A stretch of DNA of 64,000 bases from assembly GCA_013239625.1 (NCBI GenBank), contig MU056000.1:14285787-14349786 (forward strand), in the 5' to 3' direction. The notes below the pieces were generated by a model that did no database searches, was not told the origin of the DNA, and saw only the letters and a program-made list of their open reading frames with translations. The stretch's first letter is position 1; every line of letters begins with the position of its first letter. The position numbers were made by a program, and so were the translations under genes. This document shows, in pieces, positions 26,813-41,374 of the stretch. The DNA comes from Lama guanicoe. Lineage: Eukaryota.

Positions 26813-27435
26813 AATTCTCAGGTCTTCTTTCAGCCTGCACCCATGGACATGCATGGTGACTTTCTGATTTCCTCTGTATATACAGTTGTTTTTTAATGTT
26901 TGGCTCTTTACCACTCATAATATTTAAAGTTTTAATGTTTGGCTTCCAAAAGAGAAAAATGAAGAGGAAAAAGAAAGGTATTGATCTTTTAAATCCTCTG
27001 GAAGTCAATTCAGCCCAAGGGAGAGAAGCTTGCAAAAATGGGGATAAGTACTACAGCACTGGCTGCCTGCCTCTTTGTCTGCATTCTCTCAGACCTTAAA
27101 CAGCCATAAGTTATCAGAGCACAGATCCCAAATATTTGGAAGATAGGGTCCTTTATATCCACCCTGGCTTCCACAAGCTGTGTGCAAGCTGCTCCAGGTG
27201 CACAGGTGTCTGTCATGGATTGGGAAATGGGGATGGGTGGGTAGGTGCTAGTGTGCTAAGAAATGAAATTGGCCTAAATTAGTTGAAATTCACAGTTCAA
27301 GCCCTCCTTTGAAAGTTGCACATCTTCAATAGACTCTAGAACCCAAAAATACTTACATCAAACAGCTTGTGGCAGGGCAACTGTTGTCTAGGTAGGGAGA
27401 CAGATTCCTAGTGCTTTTTACTTTACTGTATTCCT
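26813..27435 (-). mobile_element. Old L1 5' region (L1MB/L1M4-type), joined to ORF2 with ORF1 missing
   Basis: 'ttaaatcctctggaagtcaattcagcc...atcagagcacagatccc...ccaccctggcttccacaagctgtgtgcaagctgctccagg' resembles reversed L1M4/L1MB 5' ends. Confidence 0.55.
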
Positions 27436-27658
27436 CTAAAGCAAAGCTTTTTTTCTTAAAGGGATGCAGCTTTCAGGGGCATCATTTTCTACAGAAAAAT
27501 TTTTATAAACACAAAGTACAGATTTTTCAAGTGGAAAGGCACTTAAGACTACACAGGACAAGGCAAAGACCAAGAAGCCAACATTAAAAACAATACTATA
27601 TACAGTTTTTGATACAATGTATGTGGTAAAAATAAAAAAACATGTCTAGCAATAGAAA

Positions 27659-29096
27659 ATACAAGTATGTTGCGTTTCTATACATGAACAACAAACTATC
27701 AGAGGGAGAAATTAAGAAAGCAATCCAATTTTACTCCACTTACAATTGCATCAAAAATGATAAATTCCTAGGAATAAGTTTAACCAAGGAGGTAAAAGAC
27801 CTGTACACACTGCAAACTATAAGACATCAATGAAAAATTAAAGACATGAATAAATGGAAAAATATCCTGTGCTCATGGATTAGAAAAATATTGTTAAAAT
27901 GTCCATATTACCCAAAGCAATCTACAGATTTAAGGTGATCCCTATCAAAATTCCAGTGACATTTTTCACAGAAACAGAAAAAACAATCCTGAAACTTGTA
28001 TGAAATAATGAAAGACCCTGAATAGTCAAAGCAATCTTGAGAAAGAAGAACAAAGCTGGAGGTATCAAAATGCCTGATTTTAAACTATAATACAAAGCTA
28101 TTGTAATCAAAACAGGATGGTACTGGCATAAAAACAGACACATGTAACAGCTCAATGTAACAAAATAAGGAACCCAGAAATAAACCCATATATACATATG
28201 GCCAATTAATTTATAACAAAGGAGTGGAGAATATATGATGAGCAAAGTACAATCTCTTCAATAAATGGTGTTGGGAAAACTAGAGTCACATGAAGAATGA
28301 AACTTGACTACTAACTTAACAGTATACACCAAAAATAAATCAAAATGAATTAAAGACGTGAATGTAACAACTGAAACCATAAAATTCCTAGAAGAAAACA
28401 TAAGAAGGTAAGCTCCTTGATATCAGTATTGGCGATGATTTTTGGATCTGTCCCTTAAAATAAAAAGCAATGACAACAAAAAAGTAAAAGAACAATGAAC
28501 TAAAAGTTTCTGCACAGCAAAGGAGATCATCAACCAAATGAAAAGGCAGCCTATGGAACGGAATAAAATATTAACCTATTATCAACTACATGATTCACAA
28601 ATATTTGAAATACAAAAAGAATTCATACAACTCGGTAGCAAAAAAATCAGATTAAAAAATGGACAGAGGATCTGAATACACATTTTTCCAAAGATAATAT
28701 ACAGATGACTAACAGGCACATGAAAAGATGCTCATCATCACTCACCATTAGGGAAATGCAAATCAAAACCACAATGAGGTATCACCTCACACTTATTAGA
28801 ATTATCAAAAAGACAAGAAATAACAAGCTTTAGTAAGGATGTAGAGAAAAGGAAACTCTTGTGCACTGTTGTTGAAAAACAGTAAGGGGGTTTCTCCAAA
28901 AATTAAAAATAGAACTATCATATGATCCAGCAATTCTGCTTCTGGTTATTTATCTAAAGAAAAGGAAAATGCTTATTCAAAGAGATATATATATATATAT
29001 ACCCTCAAGTTTACTATAGCATTATCTACAAAAGCCAAAATTTGGAAACAACCTAAGTGTCCATTGATAGATGAATGGATAAAGAAGATGTGGGAG

Positions 29097-29141
<45 letters not shown>

Positions 29142-29680
29142 TAAGTGGAATACAATTCAGCCATAACGTGTAATGAAGTCTTGCCATTTGCAACATCATG
29201 GACGGACCTTGAGGGCATTACACCAAGTGAAATAAGTAAAACAAAGAAAGACAAATACCATATGCTTTCATTTATGTGGGGAATCTTAAAATCAAAATAA
29301 AATCCAAACAAGCTTAGATATGCAGAGAACAGATTGGTGGTTGCTAGAGGCAATGGGTTGAGGGTGAACAAAATGGCTGAAGGTAGTCAAAAGGTACAAA
29401 TTTCCAGTTATAAAACAAATAGGTCATGGGATGTAATGTAGAGCATGACAGCATGGTGACTATGCTAAATAATAATACTGTATTGCACATTTGGAAGTTG
29501 CTAAGAGTAAATCTTAAAAGTCCTCATCACAAGGGAAAAAAGAAAAAAAATCGTTAAGGGACAGATGGTAACTAGAATTATTTTAGTGATTATTTTGCAA
29601 CAAACACAAATATTGAATCATTATGTTGTATACCTGGAAATAATACATTAATTACACCTTCACTAAATACAAACAAACAA
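27659..29680 (+). mobile_element. 5'-truncated LINE-1 (L1MA9-like): ORF2 3' half plus 3'UTR
   Basis: YVAFLYMNN..EIKKAI, FLGISLTKEVKDLY; collinear with 16550-18400; inserted in an older L1 3' end (about 27490-27658 and 29686-29985). Confidence 0.95.
29101..29140. repeat. (CA)20 microsatellite inside the L1
   Basis: Read directly; perfect repeat. Confidence 0.97.
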
Positions 29681-30449
29681 AGCTCACAATACTACATACT
29701 GTTTTTGGACACAACGTATGTGGTAAAGGTATAAAAACATGCCCAGCAATAAGAAAGACAACGGCAGGATAATGATGACTTCTGAGGAGGAAGACCAGGA
29801 AAATGATGTGACTATGCACAGAGGAGGAAGTGTGATCTTATATTATTCCTTTTTACAAAAGAGATAACCAAAGGATATCTGGAATATTGTTAACATCTCT
29901 TCTTCTGAGAAGTGATAATTGGTTCTTAGCTATATTCTTTTTGTAACTTTGTGTATGTTTACAATACTATAATTAAAAACCTAAACAATGCTAAAACATT
30001 TCATACATCTACTATCAAAGAAACAAATGTTGGGGAAATCACTTTGACTAGTAGATCGAGTTGTTGATTGCAAAATTATATTCCAAATCAGCAAAGTTTT
30101 GATTGAGCACATCATTAATTAAAATGTGTAGGTCACAAATGGATTATTTTTGTCATTCTAGTAACTCATTAGAAATAGTAGTTCATTGACTTGATTGATT
30201 GCTTAGTGCTAAAACATGATAATGAAGATTAAAACCAAGTTCACTAAAATAATTTCTACTCTTATTAACTTAGCCTGAAAACATCTTACCAACACTCTTT
30301 TACTCCTCAAATGCTCCTGAACTGTAACATTCAACTTCCGCATATCATTGCTCAGCTTTGTTTTACAATTTTAGTTTTGTAAAGGGTTATAAAACAATCA
30401 TTTTAAAATTGGTTGTCATTCAAAAACAGGTAGTAAAAGTATTATTTCC

Positions 30450-30825
30450 ATTACCCAAACATGTGAAGCTAGGCCAACCTCATAACCTTTACACCTGCTA
30501 TGACTTCTATTTAAGACGCTTTTTCTGCAACTCAGTTTAGAGAGCTCCTTCTGATATCTGAGGTTGAAGTGTCACTTCCTCAGAAAGGTCTTTTGCTCAG
30601 TCTATGCCAAGTTATCTTTTTCCACTCACGTTCTATTGCCTTGTTTCATTATCATCCCAGTGTCTGTTACCTGAAATTACATGTCTATTTGTATGTTGAT
30701 CTTGTCCCTTTAGCCCCCTCATTAGAATTTTTTTTAATGAGACGTTTATCTTGTTTCTCAATGTATTTCAGTAGTCTGCAATATGCATGATATATAGCAG
30801 TTACTCAAAAAAATCTTTTCAATGA
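30450..30825 (+). mobile_element. L2 3' fragment
   Basis: 'tgaagtgtcacttcctcagaaaggtctt...gcatgatatatagcagttactcaaaaaaatctt'. Confidence 0.7.
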
Positions 30826-30829
30826 TGTA

Positions 30830-31560
30830 AATGCTAACTTTAAGCAAGGCACTGTTTTTAGAATGGAAGGTACATAACAAAAAAGTAAAAGAAGGTTATT
30901 CCTGGTTAAGTTAGATAAAGATTGTGGCCAAAAAAATAAAAATAAAAGTTTGTGGTTTCCTGGTAATAAGCTTGAGTATTCCACATCATTCCCCAAAATA
31001 ACAATACTAGAGCTAGGGCAGCTTTGGAGAAGTAACTGAGTGTCACTGTCATCTGGGTTTGATGTCAGGGACATACAGAGGAAATTTATAAAGCATATAT
31101 TTGTAAATATTGTTCTGCAAATCTGGGAGCTAATTAAGATGAGGGATAAAGATGTCAGAGGTCCTCAAGTATAGAAGGTAACACAAACCAAGGGGGTAAA
31201 TGAGATTACTCAGGGAAAACATGGTCAAGAAGAGAAGATGGTTAAGGACAGAGCTTCAAGGTAGATGAGAAAATTGAAGTTTGCAAATAAACTGAGGAGC
31301 AGAGAGGTAAGAAATGAAGTGTCATTCTGGTAGACAAAGTGAAGGACTGTTTTAAGGATGTGCGTTCAGTCAGTTTAAAGAAAACCAACAAGGGGCTATT
31401 GGATTGCTGAACTAGATGGTGATTGGTGACCATAAAAGTTGATTCTGAATTTTGACCAGTCATATCAGTGAATCTAAAACTGAAACAATAAGTGCTAAGG
31501 ATGTGGACAAAGTGTTGATAGGATGTTATCTCTGATTAATTTCAGGCGAAGGAGAGGGAA
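30830..31560 (-). mobile_element. L2 fragment, tail-to-tail with the previous copy
   Basis: 'gcaaggcactgtttttaga...aatctgggagc...aaatgagattactcaggga...ggattggtgaccat'. Confidence 0.7.
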
Positions 31561-34500
31561 GAGCAAACAACTGCACTGAAGTTTTGGTTCTGGGTGACTG
31601 AGTCCCTGTTCCACCAACGATGAGATAAATTCAAAAATACAAGTAGTTTTCAGAGAATAAATGTAAACACTGAACAATTGGAAAATAATTTAATATACTT
31701 TTATTTACTTCCAGTTAATCCCCTTTAAAATTCTCTAATTTAAAACCTTATAAGAGATCGAGCAAGAGCATATAAAAACATATAACAATTACAACTCAAC
31801 AGAAAATAATTCCTTAATCAATTCTTGGTTTAGTAGTTAATTCTAATGTCTAATTAAAACATCTTTAATTTCTAATAAAAACCCTACTCACCAGCTCATG
31901 CAATGCTATGAAACAGATCTTTTTTCCCTGTTTTCCTAAAATCTTAGGTGAACAAGTTTAATGGACTCATTCATCCTGGTTTGTCTAGAGAATAAAGGTG
32001 CAATAATTTCCTGAGGCTATGTAAACACATCCAAAATGAAATTGAGATTTGAAATTAAAGTGCAAATCACTCTTCTCAGTCATTCGAATATATCAGGTAA
32101 AATGTGCCCTTTAAGAATGAGGAGCTATGGACCAATCAGATATGGAAAATATCTTTAAACTTCATGCATGTAGTGTTCTCTCTTTTTTTCTGTTACTATT
32201 AAAATAATGCCAGAATTCCTGTTAAGATTTAGCAAAAGATAAAGCTCCCAAGAAACTTGATGCTATATCCTTCCTTAGGGTGGCTGAGAGCACTTGTAAT
32301 TCCCCAAGTTACAAGAAATACGTTAAAAGGACATAAACTAAACAAAGGGCAGCAAGACAAAATCTATTACTCAGTTCTGATAATTTTGACATAATCGCCT
32401 CAAAATGATGGCTTCTGCTTCTCTCCTCCCAACACCATTTTTAAAAATCAACCTATTGTTTCAGGCATGCTGATGCAGCTCTAGAAAATGAAAGCCACCT
32501 GAATTATTTATTTAGAATCTAGAATTATTGAAATCTGAAGCAATACCTATATGATTGAGTTACTATTTTCCTTTGTTAACAAACACGTAAAACACTACAA
32601 ACTACGATGTATCACCCTTTCCTAATATTAATATTACATTAGAAAAGGGAGTCTGACAGCTTTAAATAATATATAAAGTGCAAGAGAATAAAACCCATTG
32701 CCCTATTTCCATAATCTTTACTAACTATTCAGAAAATCTGAGTATTAAAAACTGAGTTTGAAAATTGCCCACCCATAGGCAACATATGTCTTTGAAATCT
32801 TTTTTTCTCATCCACAATAACATTTTAAAGTATTACATGATGTTTTGTGTGACCTATATCTAAGTATCTCAAGTCTGAATTTCACCTTCTTAGAATGTAG
32901 ATGTATTTCTCCTTATTACAAGCTAAAGAGAAGTCATCTGCCAACTTGGAGGTCTACATCATCGCTAAGAATATCCTTCGAAAGTAAATTGCAGGCTAAT
33001 GAGCCTCCTTACTACTTAAATTGGTATTTTTAAACAAAGCAAATACAAGATACCTAATTTGGGAAATAGCATGTTCTAAAATTCTCACAGTTCTCACCGC
33101 AGCTGCTTCTATCACTCCTTTTCCTCAAGTACTATATCCCATCTTAGATCTTAATATGAATCTGGGGACCAATGAAGCAACAAGAAGATCCTAGAGGAAA
33201 ACTACAAGATAATTGAATGCTGAGTTGAGACATGGGTATCGGGGAACCACTTGGAAGAAAAAGAAGCCTTAGCCACATTAAATGAATTTCTCTTCCTGTG
33301 TTTCTTTTGCCCAATTAAAAGAGGATTATTCTACGCCACAGTGTATTTGGGATTAAAAGTCCTTGATACTTTCAGTTACACTGAGGGTACTGTGGGAGGT
33401 AACTGCATGAAACTTTTAATAGCTTGGAAGATTAAACCTTCGCATCTTTGAAATACACCTTGAGACTCACCCTTAACTGAGGTGACCACTGAAATGGACT
33501 TCCCAAGGACACAGAGGTCTTAGAAACATCCAGAAAAGGAAAGAAAGTGGTATCATCATTGAGAAATGATGCTTTAATACAAATCAGTGATCTTTCACTG
33601 AATGGAAATATCTCCCACAAAATTCTACACTGAAAGCAGCAGGGCCATGGTATATTAACAGTTTACAACTTTTTTGGAAAAATCTGCAAGTCCAGAGGAC
33701 TCAGTATTTTTAAAATTTCAAACAGTATCTTTTCTTGTAGTACATGGTAAATTTGGCAACTTAATCTGTGATTATTGCAATTAATTTAGCATTTTTGCTT
33801 GGGATACATATTTCCATGAAATACTGGCAGAAAGGATTGAGCATATTTTCATGTATCTGTAGACTGTTATGGCTGGAAGAGCATTAGAGATCATCTCACT
33901 GCTTGTTTTACAGATGGACTGGGAAATGATGTTTATATTTTTGTTAAAATGGTAATGACAGAAACAGAGTCATTAGCTCTGAAGTGTATTTTTTTCAGTG
34001 TTTTTTCTCAGTGTTGAAGCTATTAGTAAAAGTGTACATAAAAAAAATTTAGAGTCATTAGTCATCATCTTCAGAATGCTCTAAAAAGTTAAACAATTAA
34101 TAAAATTATTATTTGAATTAAGCATTTTTAGATAAGAGCAGATCCAAATGCTTGTGTTTACCTGTTCATGATCTATATGGTTCTTCTACTGTGGTTTCTG
34201 ACAATATTGAATACGTATAATTCCACTTCAGTGCATTTACATTTCCAATGCACATTTTCATATGTCTACCTTTGGAAATGACAGTTAAATCTTTTCTTGA
34301 GCCTATCTGAGCATCAAATTTACACTAGCAGTCATCTGAATTTTGAGGGAAGCATTCTTAGGTAAAAGTAACATTTTTAAATTTTGCTAACTGCAAAGCC
34401 TATTATGTGATCTTATCTAGTATTTCTTACTCATTTCTTTGAAATATTTTTTCTCTCCTTTCATTGCCCTTCTCCTATTTTTCCATTGAGTGGTAGGAAT

Positions 34501-35222
34501 GAAATACCCTACCTTAACTATGCACACCAAGAAGTTCTCAAATAAATTTTATTTTGCATCATTTCCCCTTGGAAACAACTCAAACTATTTCCATTGCAAA
34601 GTCACTGTGTTTTGAACCAAAATTTTTATTTTCTGAATAAAGGGAATTTGCTTATGGTCATGCTAAGCCAGTGGAATCCTGCTTAGTAATGAGACATTTA
34701 TGTAATTTTATTTCGTGAAATATAACATTAAGAAATGTCCAGAAAAGAAGAGAGAAGTCAGTATATATACTAATATAATCTAGCTTATATTAGACACAGT
34801 AATACTTGTATTAGAATTTCTATGCTTCTAATATATAGCATTTGTTGCAAACATAAAAATAAGGGGAGGAGAAGAAAATGAAAGACAACAAGAAAAAGGA
34901 GGAAATAAAAAGGGTGGGAAAAAATTAAAAGATGAGAGAAAGAAATCATTGTTAATGAACTTGTTTATCTCATGACCTTCAGGTACATCTACATGTCTAC
35001 TGAAGGGGTGTTTATTCTGAGATTCCGTGGATGCCTGGATAATCTTATGACTTATATTGAAGAAGTGGCACCTCATGTAAAGCCATTATTTTTACCTTAG
35101 ATGGGACAACATTTTTGAAGGATATATTTTTCAGAATGACCACTGATGTTGGGTTGAGCTGGCCTATGGGCAATTCAGAAATCAGAAATGGCTTATCCCA
35201 AACTCTGCCTCAAATATCTTGT

Positions 35223-35287
35223 TTTGTTTCATCTAATTATATTAAGATATTTTGTTTGCCTTTGTTTGATCTAATTATATTAAGATA
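35223..35287. repeat. Local direct duplication, 27 bp unit at 38 bp spacing
   Basis: tttgttt(c/g)atctaattatattaagata at 35223-35249 and 35261-35287. Confidence 0.85.
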
Positions 35288-38200
35288 GTCAGATTATGAT
35301 AATTGGAAGCTTATCAGGACTCCTTTTCAAGTAATAACTGAAATATAATAATAGTAATAATAACAGCAATTATTCATGTACATACAGATATACAGCTGAC
35401 AATATGGATCACACACATTTGGATGCATTATCTCTTGCTACAATATGTAAGTTCTTATATGTTCACAATTTTACATGTCCTATCTATTGCTTTGATTTTG
35501 GAGTACTTATTTTTTTTTAATAGCTCAGGATGGCACTTATACACAACAGAGTTTTTAAACTGGTTTTTGACCTACTATTGACTACTTCTTGAAAATAATG
35601 TTTTGTGCATAGATTTGCAAATAATTGCTTTGGGCTTCTGGGACAAACAGCTAAATAAAATGTCTAAATACTCCTTGAAATAAGGAAGTAAAATAATGAA
35701 GTCACCTTCCAAATTAACAGATACAAAATAACACATTTGCATTTAAAATAAACTTTAAATGACAGGAGAGGTCTGCAGAATAAGAATCAATAAAGATTCA
35801 TACTCTCATCTTTCTTTGGATAAACCATGATGGTTGTATCTGTGCTTTCAAAATTAAGTAGAAATAGAGTGACCCTATAATTAGAATAGGCAATGTACAC
35901 CACCACACGAGAATGTTTAAACAGGTTTTTATGCAATGTTCGTACATCTATAAAGTTGTAGATTTCTTGCTATTTTGTGTATCACTTGTATAATACTGTG
36001 AAGGCTGTGGTTACTTCAGTATTAACATAACAGATCCATAATTGTTATAGATGTAAATTCCTTAGAAAATGTATTATTTTAAAACATATTAACTGTATTA
36101 ATCATTTACTTTCAGGGAAAAAAGAAAATACCCATATTGGTGTATGTAATTATTTTTCATTATCAGTGAAGTAACACAGTGATCTTGATTTTCAGTTACA
36201 TATACAGGGTGTCCTGAACCTATGCAGATTTTTATCTCCTGGGATAGGAAATGGAATTGGGGAAAATAAGTTGAAGAAGTCAGTCACTCGTGATAGCTGC
36301 AGAGAGGGCGTAAACACTGAGTTTTCACTTCGACCGGTCTCTTTGAACATGACTATGATCTTGTGGGCTAAGCCAAGAAAGCTCACATATGATAAATTTC
36401 CCATTAACTCCTGTGTCCTTCGGCCTCACTGAATGGAAGTCCATTAAACCTTAGAGAGTGGCACAACTGTAATGACAGAGTCCAGCCATGAGACAGGACC
36501 TAAGTGTTTTAGGCCAGGACGAAAAATTGAAAATGAGGAAAAAAAATTAGAATGCGGATTTCAATCTTTTTATTTTCACATAATAAGAAGGCTAAGTAAT
36601 GTACAAAATTGAAAGTGGGACAGTCAAAATTTCTATTTCTGCACTCAAAGTCTATAATCTTTCTAATTCAAAATTTCCCTGTGTTGATGACAATTTAGAT
36701 GAGATCAACATGGAACAATCTATTTTATTTTATATTAAAACTTTAACCTATTATATATCATTTTCAGAGACACAAATAATATTTCAAAAAAATCTCACAC
36801 TTCCTTTCCTCTCTTTGTGTATTCAAAACAATCTGTTTTCTAGCAGATTAAAAACATGAAGATACTTTACGATTTTGTTATTTTGCTATTTAAGAATATT
36901 ATATAATATGTACATTTACTATTAGCACATATTTTACATGATAGAACACAAAACACAAATACATTATATATTGTATTATATAATATATACATTTGCACTT
37001 GTGTATTAGAACTTATAATAAGATTCTCATTTTTTGTGTGTGTGCTTTGAGAATTTGTTAGATTTTCCAGATTATTGACCTTGTTTTTGTTAAGATGTTT
37101 CAGTTAAAGGATACAAAAAGCAAACTACACTAAATTGTTTTTTTTCTTTGTCTATTTTCATCTTCAATGAATTAAGATGGTTACAAAATATAAAAGCAAT
37201 GCAAGATCCATAATGAAATAGCAAACTTGGCTATTTCTTTAATCACCTCTTTTAAAATAAAATACATTAGTAGGCATTAAAGTAAACTAGTGTCTTTTAA
37301 TAGACTCCAAAATAAATGAATGGGACTAAATTGTTAAAGCAATGCAATAACTAACTACTATGATTAATTAAAGATAGAAAATGTATATGAACATTGCACA
37401 CAGTTTTGATCTTCCTCAACTACATGCATTAGTATTGGACTTCCTAATACATCTTTTTTAAATCTTTCAAGTTTGCATTTCTGTCTTCTATATACCTTCT
37501 GAAAGACATACATATTTTAAGAGAATATTTTTAAATATCTACATGTTAAAAGTGCAGTGAAGGTACTAAGGCTTTATCACCTTTTCAATATTAAATTATT
37601 TTGTGATAATTGACAAGTTTTTCTTTTATGGACAATATAAGTAGGTTATTAAAAGTAGCAAAATGTATGGATCAACATTTTTTCAACATTATTCCTTTCG
37701 TCAATGAAAAAAATGGGTCATCCTTCGCAATGGTTAGCAATGAATGGCAAATACATCCAATTCCGATTTGTTTGTGTTCTGCTAGGTCTTTACTACTAAG
37801 AATAATGAAACAAAGTTCCTGCACCCTTGACACTGAGATTGACGTTCACTCTCTCTCGTAGTCCTTATTTCATTAAAATAATATCAGAAGAACTTCTAAA
37901 GGAGATTATGAGAGGGTATTGCTATGGTTCAGTGAAATTTGGAAAATATAAACTCAGACTTCAAAATATCTGTCTACAGAAGTAGAAAACTCCTTTGCAA
38001 AACCCTTGAGTTTAAGGTTTGTTTTATGCTTATATAAACCTTAGCGTGTTGTACTTGTCAGAAAAACTTCATAACCTAACAATAACCTTTTGCTATCCTT
38101 CATGTACTGTTGTCCAGACAAACTGTCATGCTTTTCAGCTGAACAAGATTGATGACACAGCAAACTGCCAAAGCAGAGCTTAGGAAAATATACCCCTTCA

Positions 38201-41002
38201 ATGAACTTCAGGTCACTCCAAATCACCTTCCTGGGGAGGGATGCCAGTAGTCCCTCAAGGATTTTCATTTACAGGCTGTGAAATGCCAAAGATACCACTC
38301 CAAACATGAAAGAATGAGTTGAAAAAATAAACCTTCTCCTCCAAATATAGTTTATGTGATTATTTGTTGGTGGGAAGGGACGGAAGTTTTAAAAAATACT
38401 GAAAGACAAAATTAGGATTATGGAGAACTTTTTGATGTACAACAAGTACAATTATCTTTACAAAACCTCTTATTAAATAGAAACATACTATAAATTGTGG
38501 GATTTATTCAGTAATGTTAAAATTTACCACCATACTCGTCATGATTTTTAGCTTTTAGGCTTCAAATATTTGGATATTTTATGCAAAAAAATCCCTCCAA
38601 ACTAAAGCACATCCACTATGCTTTTCTCTTACTATTACATAACACTGAGGTGAGTATTTTTAAATTCAGTTATTTATTTTTAGATGGGAGGTCCACTGCT
38701 TTAATAGTCCAAAACAGTATGTTCACTAGGTTGAAATTTTATTCTGTCATTAAAAGTTGGCATGTGCTTGGAGAACATGTAGTATTTAACGTGTTTGTGC
38801 AAGTTTTTCTTCTTTTTTAAATTAGGGGCACAAAACTGTCTTTCACTTTTTTGTATTTCATCCAACTTTTGAAGGACCGGAAAGATTGACCTCATCACTT
38901 ACCATTCTACTCAATCAGCTTCTCTAGCTTCCTATGGAAGGCGAGGGAACACGTAATGAAGGAAAAAAAAGTCAAGAAGATTAGAGCTGCCAGACTGACC
39001 TGCATCTTTACAATTTAGTAGCGTCAGAATGGTGCAATGGTGCCTACTGTGTAGTCAAAATGTGAACGTATGAAGCACTTATCATGGGAAAGCAGTTCAT
39101 CAGTCAGAGAAGAAACCGATTGACTAGAAAATGTTTCTCTATTTGTAATGTTCTTGTCCAGCAAGCAGCAGAGAACATACAAGTATGTGTGTGTGTGTAT
39201 ACCTCCAACAAGTGGTAAAAAAACACATACATGCATAAACAAGTGAAACAACCATACACACCCTTAAACTCTCCCCTACAACATGCTCTTTATTTCTTTC
39301 TTTGTACAGATAATCACTAAAATTTGGCGTTGAGGCCACTAATTATGTTCTCTTTGTTACTTTGAACTTTCTTGAAATAGCAAAGTTGAAAGTGCATTCA
39401 AAGTATTTTTTCATTGAGTAATCAAAACACCCTGTGATTAACAGTGAAGTAATATATTTTGGTAGTAATGAGAGAATTTCACTAAGATAACTCTCAAGAA
39501 CAGAGCACTAGCATCATTGCTCTGGAGGTTATATAAATAGAGTTGACTGAGCTGCATGACTAAGACACCAACGTACATTGAAACGTTGCCAACGGGCTGC
39601 TCAAAAGGCAACAAGAATGCAGTGGTCCCCCCATAATCTCGCCTACTTCAGATTATCATTAAAGTATCAATAAGGAATAAATGTGATAAGGAATAAACTT
39701 TCTTAAGATGATTACATATGTATTTTGTACTAAAGTGATCAGTGTATCAGATATACATATATTTTTTTCAGAGCTAAAAATTCTATGACTGTAGATTTTA
39801 ATAAAAAGTAAAGAAAATGAGGTGTAGAAGGAATGGAGGAGGAAAGAGAGGAAAAGATAAAAGAAGAATCAAAAGAATAAAGGAAAGTTACCATGTCTAT
39901 AAAAATAAATGCTATGCAAACATTCATGACATAACAGAAACAATATCATTCATAATTAATACCCTGAATTAGTTCAGGTAACACCGATTTCCTCTCCTCT
40001 TTCCTAGGATGCAAACTGTGTTCACTTCCCTAATATTGCATTGGTTACCGTGTATTTGAAGTATTTTTATACGCCATTCCCTCATGCTAGAATATTAATT
40101 TCTTATGAGGAGCTTCCTATTTGAATTACTGGTGCCAAGCACTGTGTTTGCTGCAAAATAAGTGTCCGGTAAATATATACTCAATATATACTCACTAAGT
40201 GATTAAATAATTAATAGATAGATACATGTTTTCTATTTCATTTCTTGGCAAAGATTTTCTTAACTTACATTTGGTAATATATGGTAGTTTTACTATGGTT
40301 TGTAATTTGAAGTAAGGTTAGTGATTTTCAAGCCACTTAATACTGTTAAAAGTTCATTTTTGCCGTTTTTTTGTTTACAAAGATATATCTCATGCCTTTT
40401 CTTCAGACTTTAATTATTCTAATTATGACACCATGATTTAAAAAGCATTTGTGGAAACTCAGTGTCGGATTCAATCAGCTCTTGGTCAATTGATGTTCAA
40501 TATGTTTTTCCAAGACCAAGGAACATCAGTATTTCATGTTACACTCCCTGTGCACACATACACACACATGTGCACACGCACACACTACAATACTTGTGGA
40601 AAAGAGTATTTTGCTAGTCGTGAATTCAACAGAAAAACAAAATAAACTGATGTATATCCTTCATATAAAGATATACTTTTTCTGTTTTTAAATTAACAAA
40701 TTATATTTGATAAATTATATGAAATATTATCTGAAATGGGTATTAAAATATTTTTGGAGGTGGTTTCTCAAGGATAAGTTTCATTTTAAGACGAGAAATA
40801 CGTACAGTGACTTCTAACATGCTACTTTTCTCAGTTTTAAGGCTAGTTGTCTGTAAGTTGCTATCTGTTTTTGCAAGTTGCATAAGCTTAGCTTTGATAT
40901 AATATACTGAGGAATTATTTCAGTCGTTCAATTTTTTGATCCTTTGATTTGAGGATTTTCTCCTGGCATGTACTGAACTACGTCTCTCAAAAAAAGATAT
41001 AT

Positions 41003-41356
41003 TCCAAGGGGAGGGAGGGATAAATAGGCAGAGCACAGAGATTACTAGGGCAGTGAAACTACTCTGTATGACACTATAATGGTAGATACATGTCATTATA
41101 AATTTGTCCAAAGCCATAGAATGTACACCACCAAGAATGAACCCTAATGTGAAGAATGGATTTTGGGTAATGATGTTGTGTCAATACAGCTCTATGAATT
41201 TCAACTAACGTTTCACTTTGGAGGGGGGTGTCGAGTGTGGAAAAAGCTGTATGTAAGACTGAGGGCAGGGGATACATGAGAAATCTCTACCTTTTGCTCA
41301 GTTTTGCTGTGAACTTCAGTTGTCTCTAAAGCAAACAAAGTCTATTAAGAAAAAAT
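41003..41356 (+). mobile_element. L1MC1/2-like 3' end
   Basis: 'ataggcagagcacagag...gggcagtgaaactactctgtatga...gaaccctaatgt...aaagtctattaa'. Confidence 0.88.
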
Positions 41357-41374
41357 ACATTTACACATATACAT

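Noticed and set aside
25347..29680. Minus L1 (25347-26812) and plus L1 (27659-29680) as one twin-primed insertion
   Set aside because: Their ORF2 breakpoints are close, but about 850 bp of other L1 sequence separates them and the plus copy has its own flanking duplication.
36190..36540. CpG-bearing GC-richer patch as an exon
   Set aside because: An acceptor-like site is present but I found no convincing donor or reading frame.
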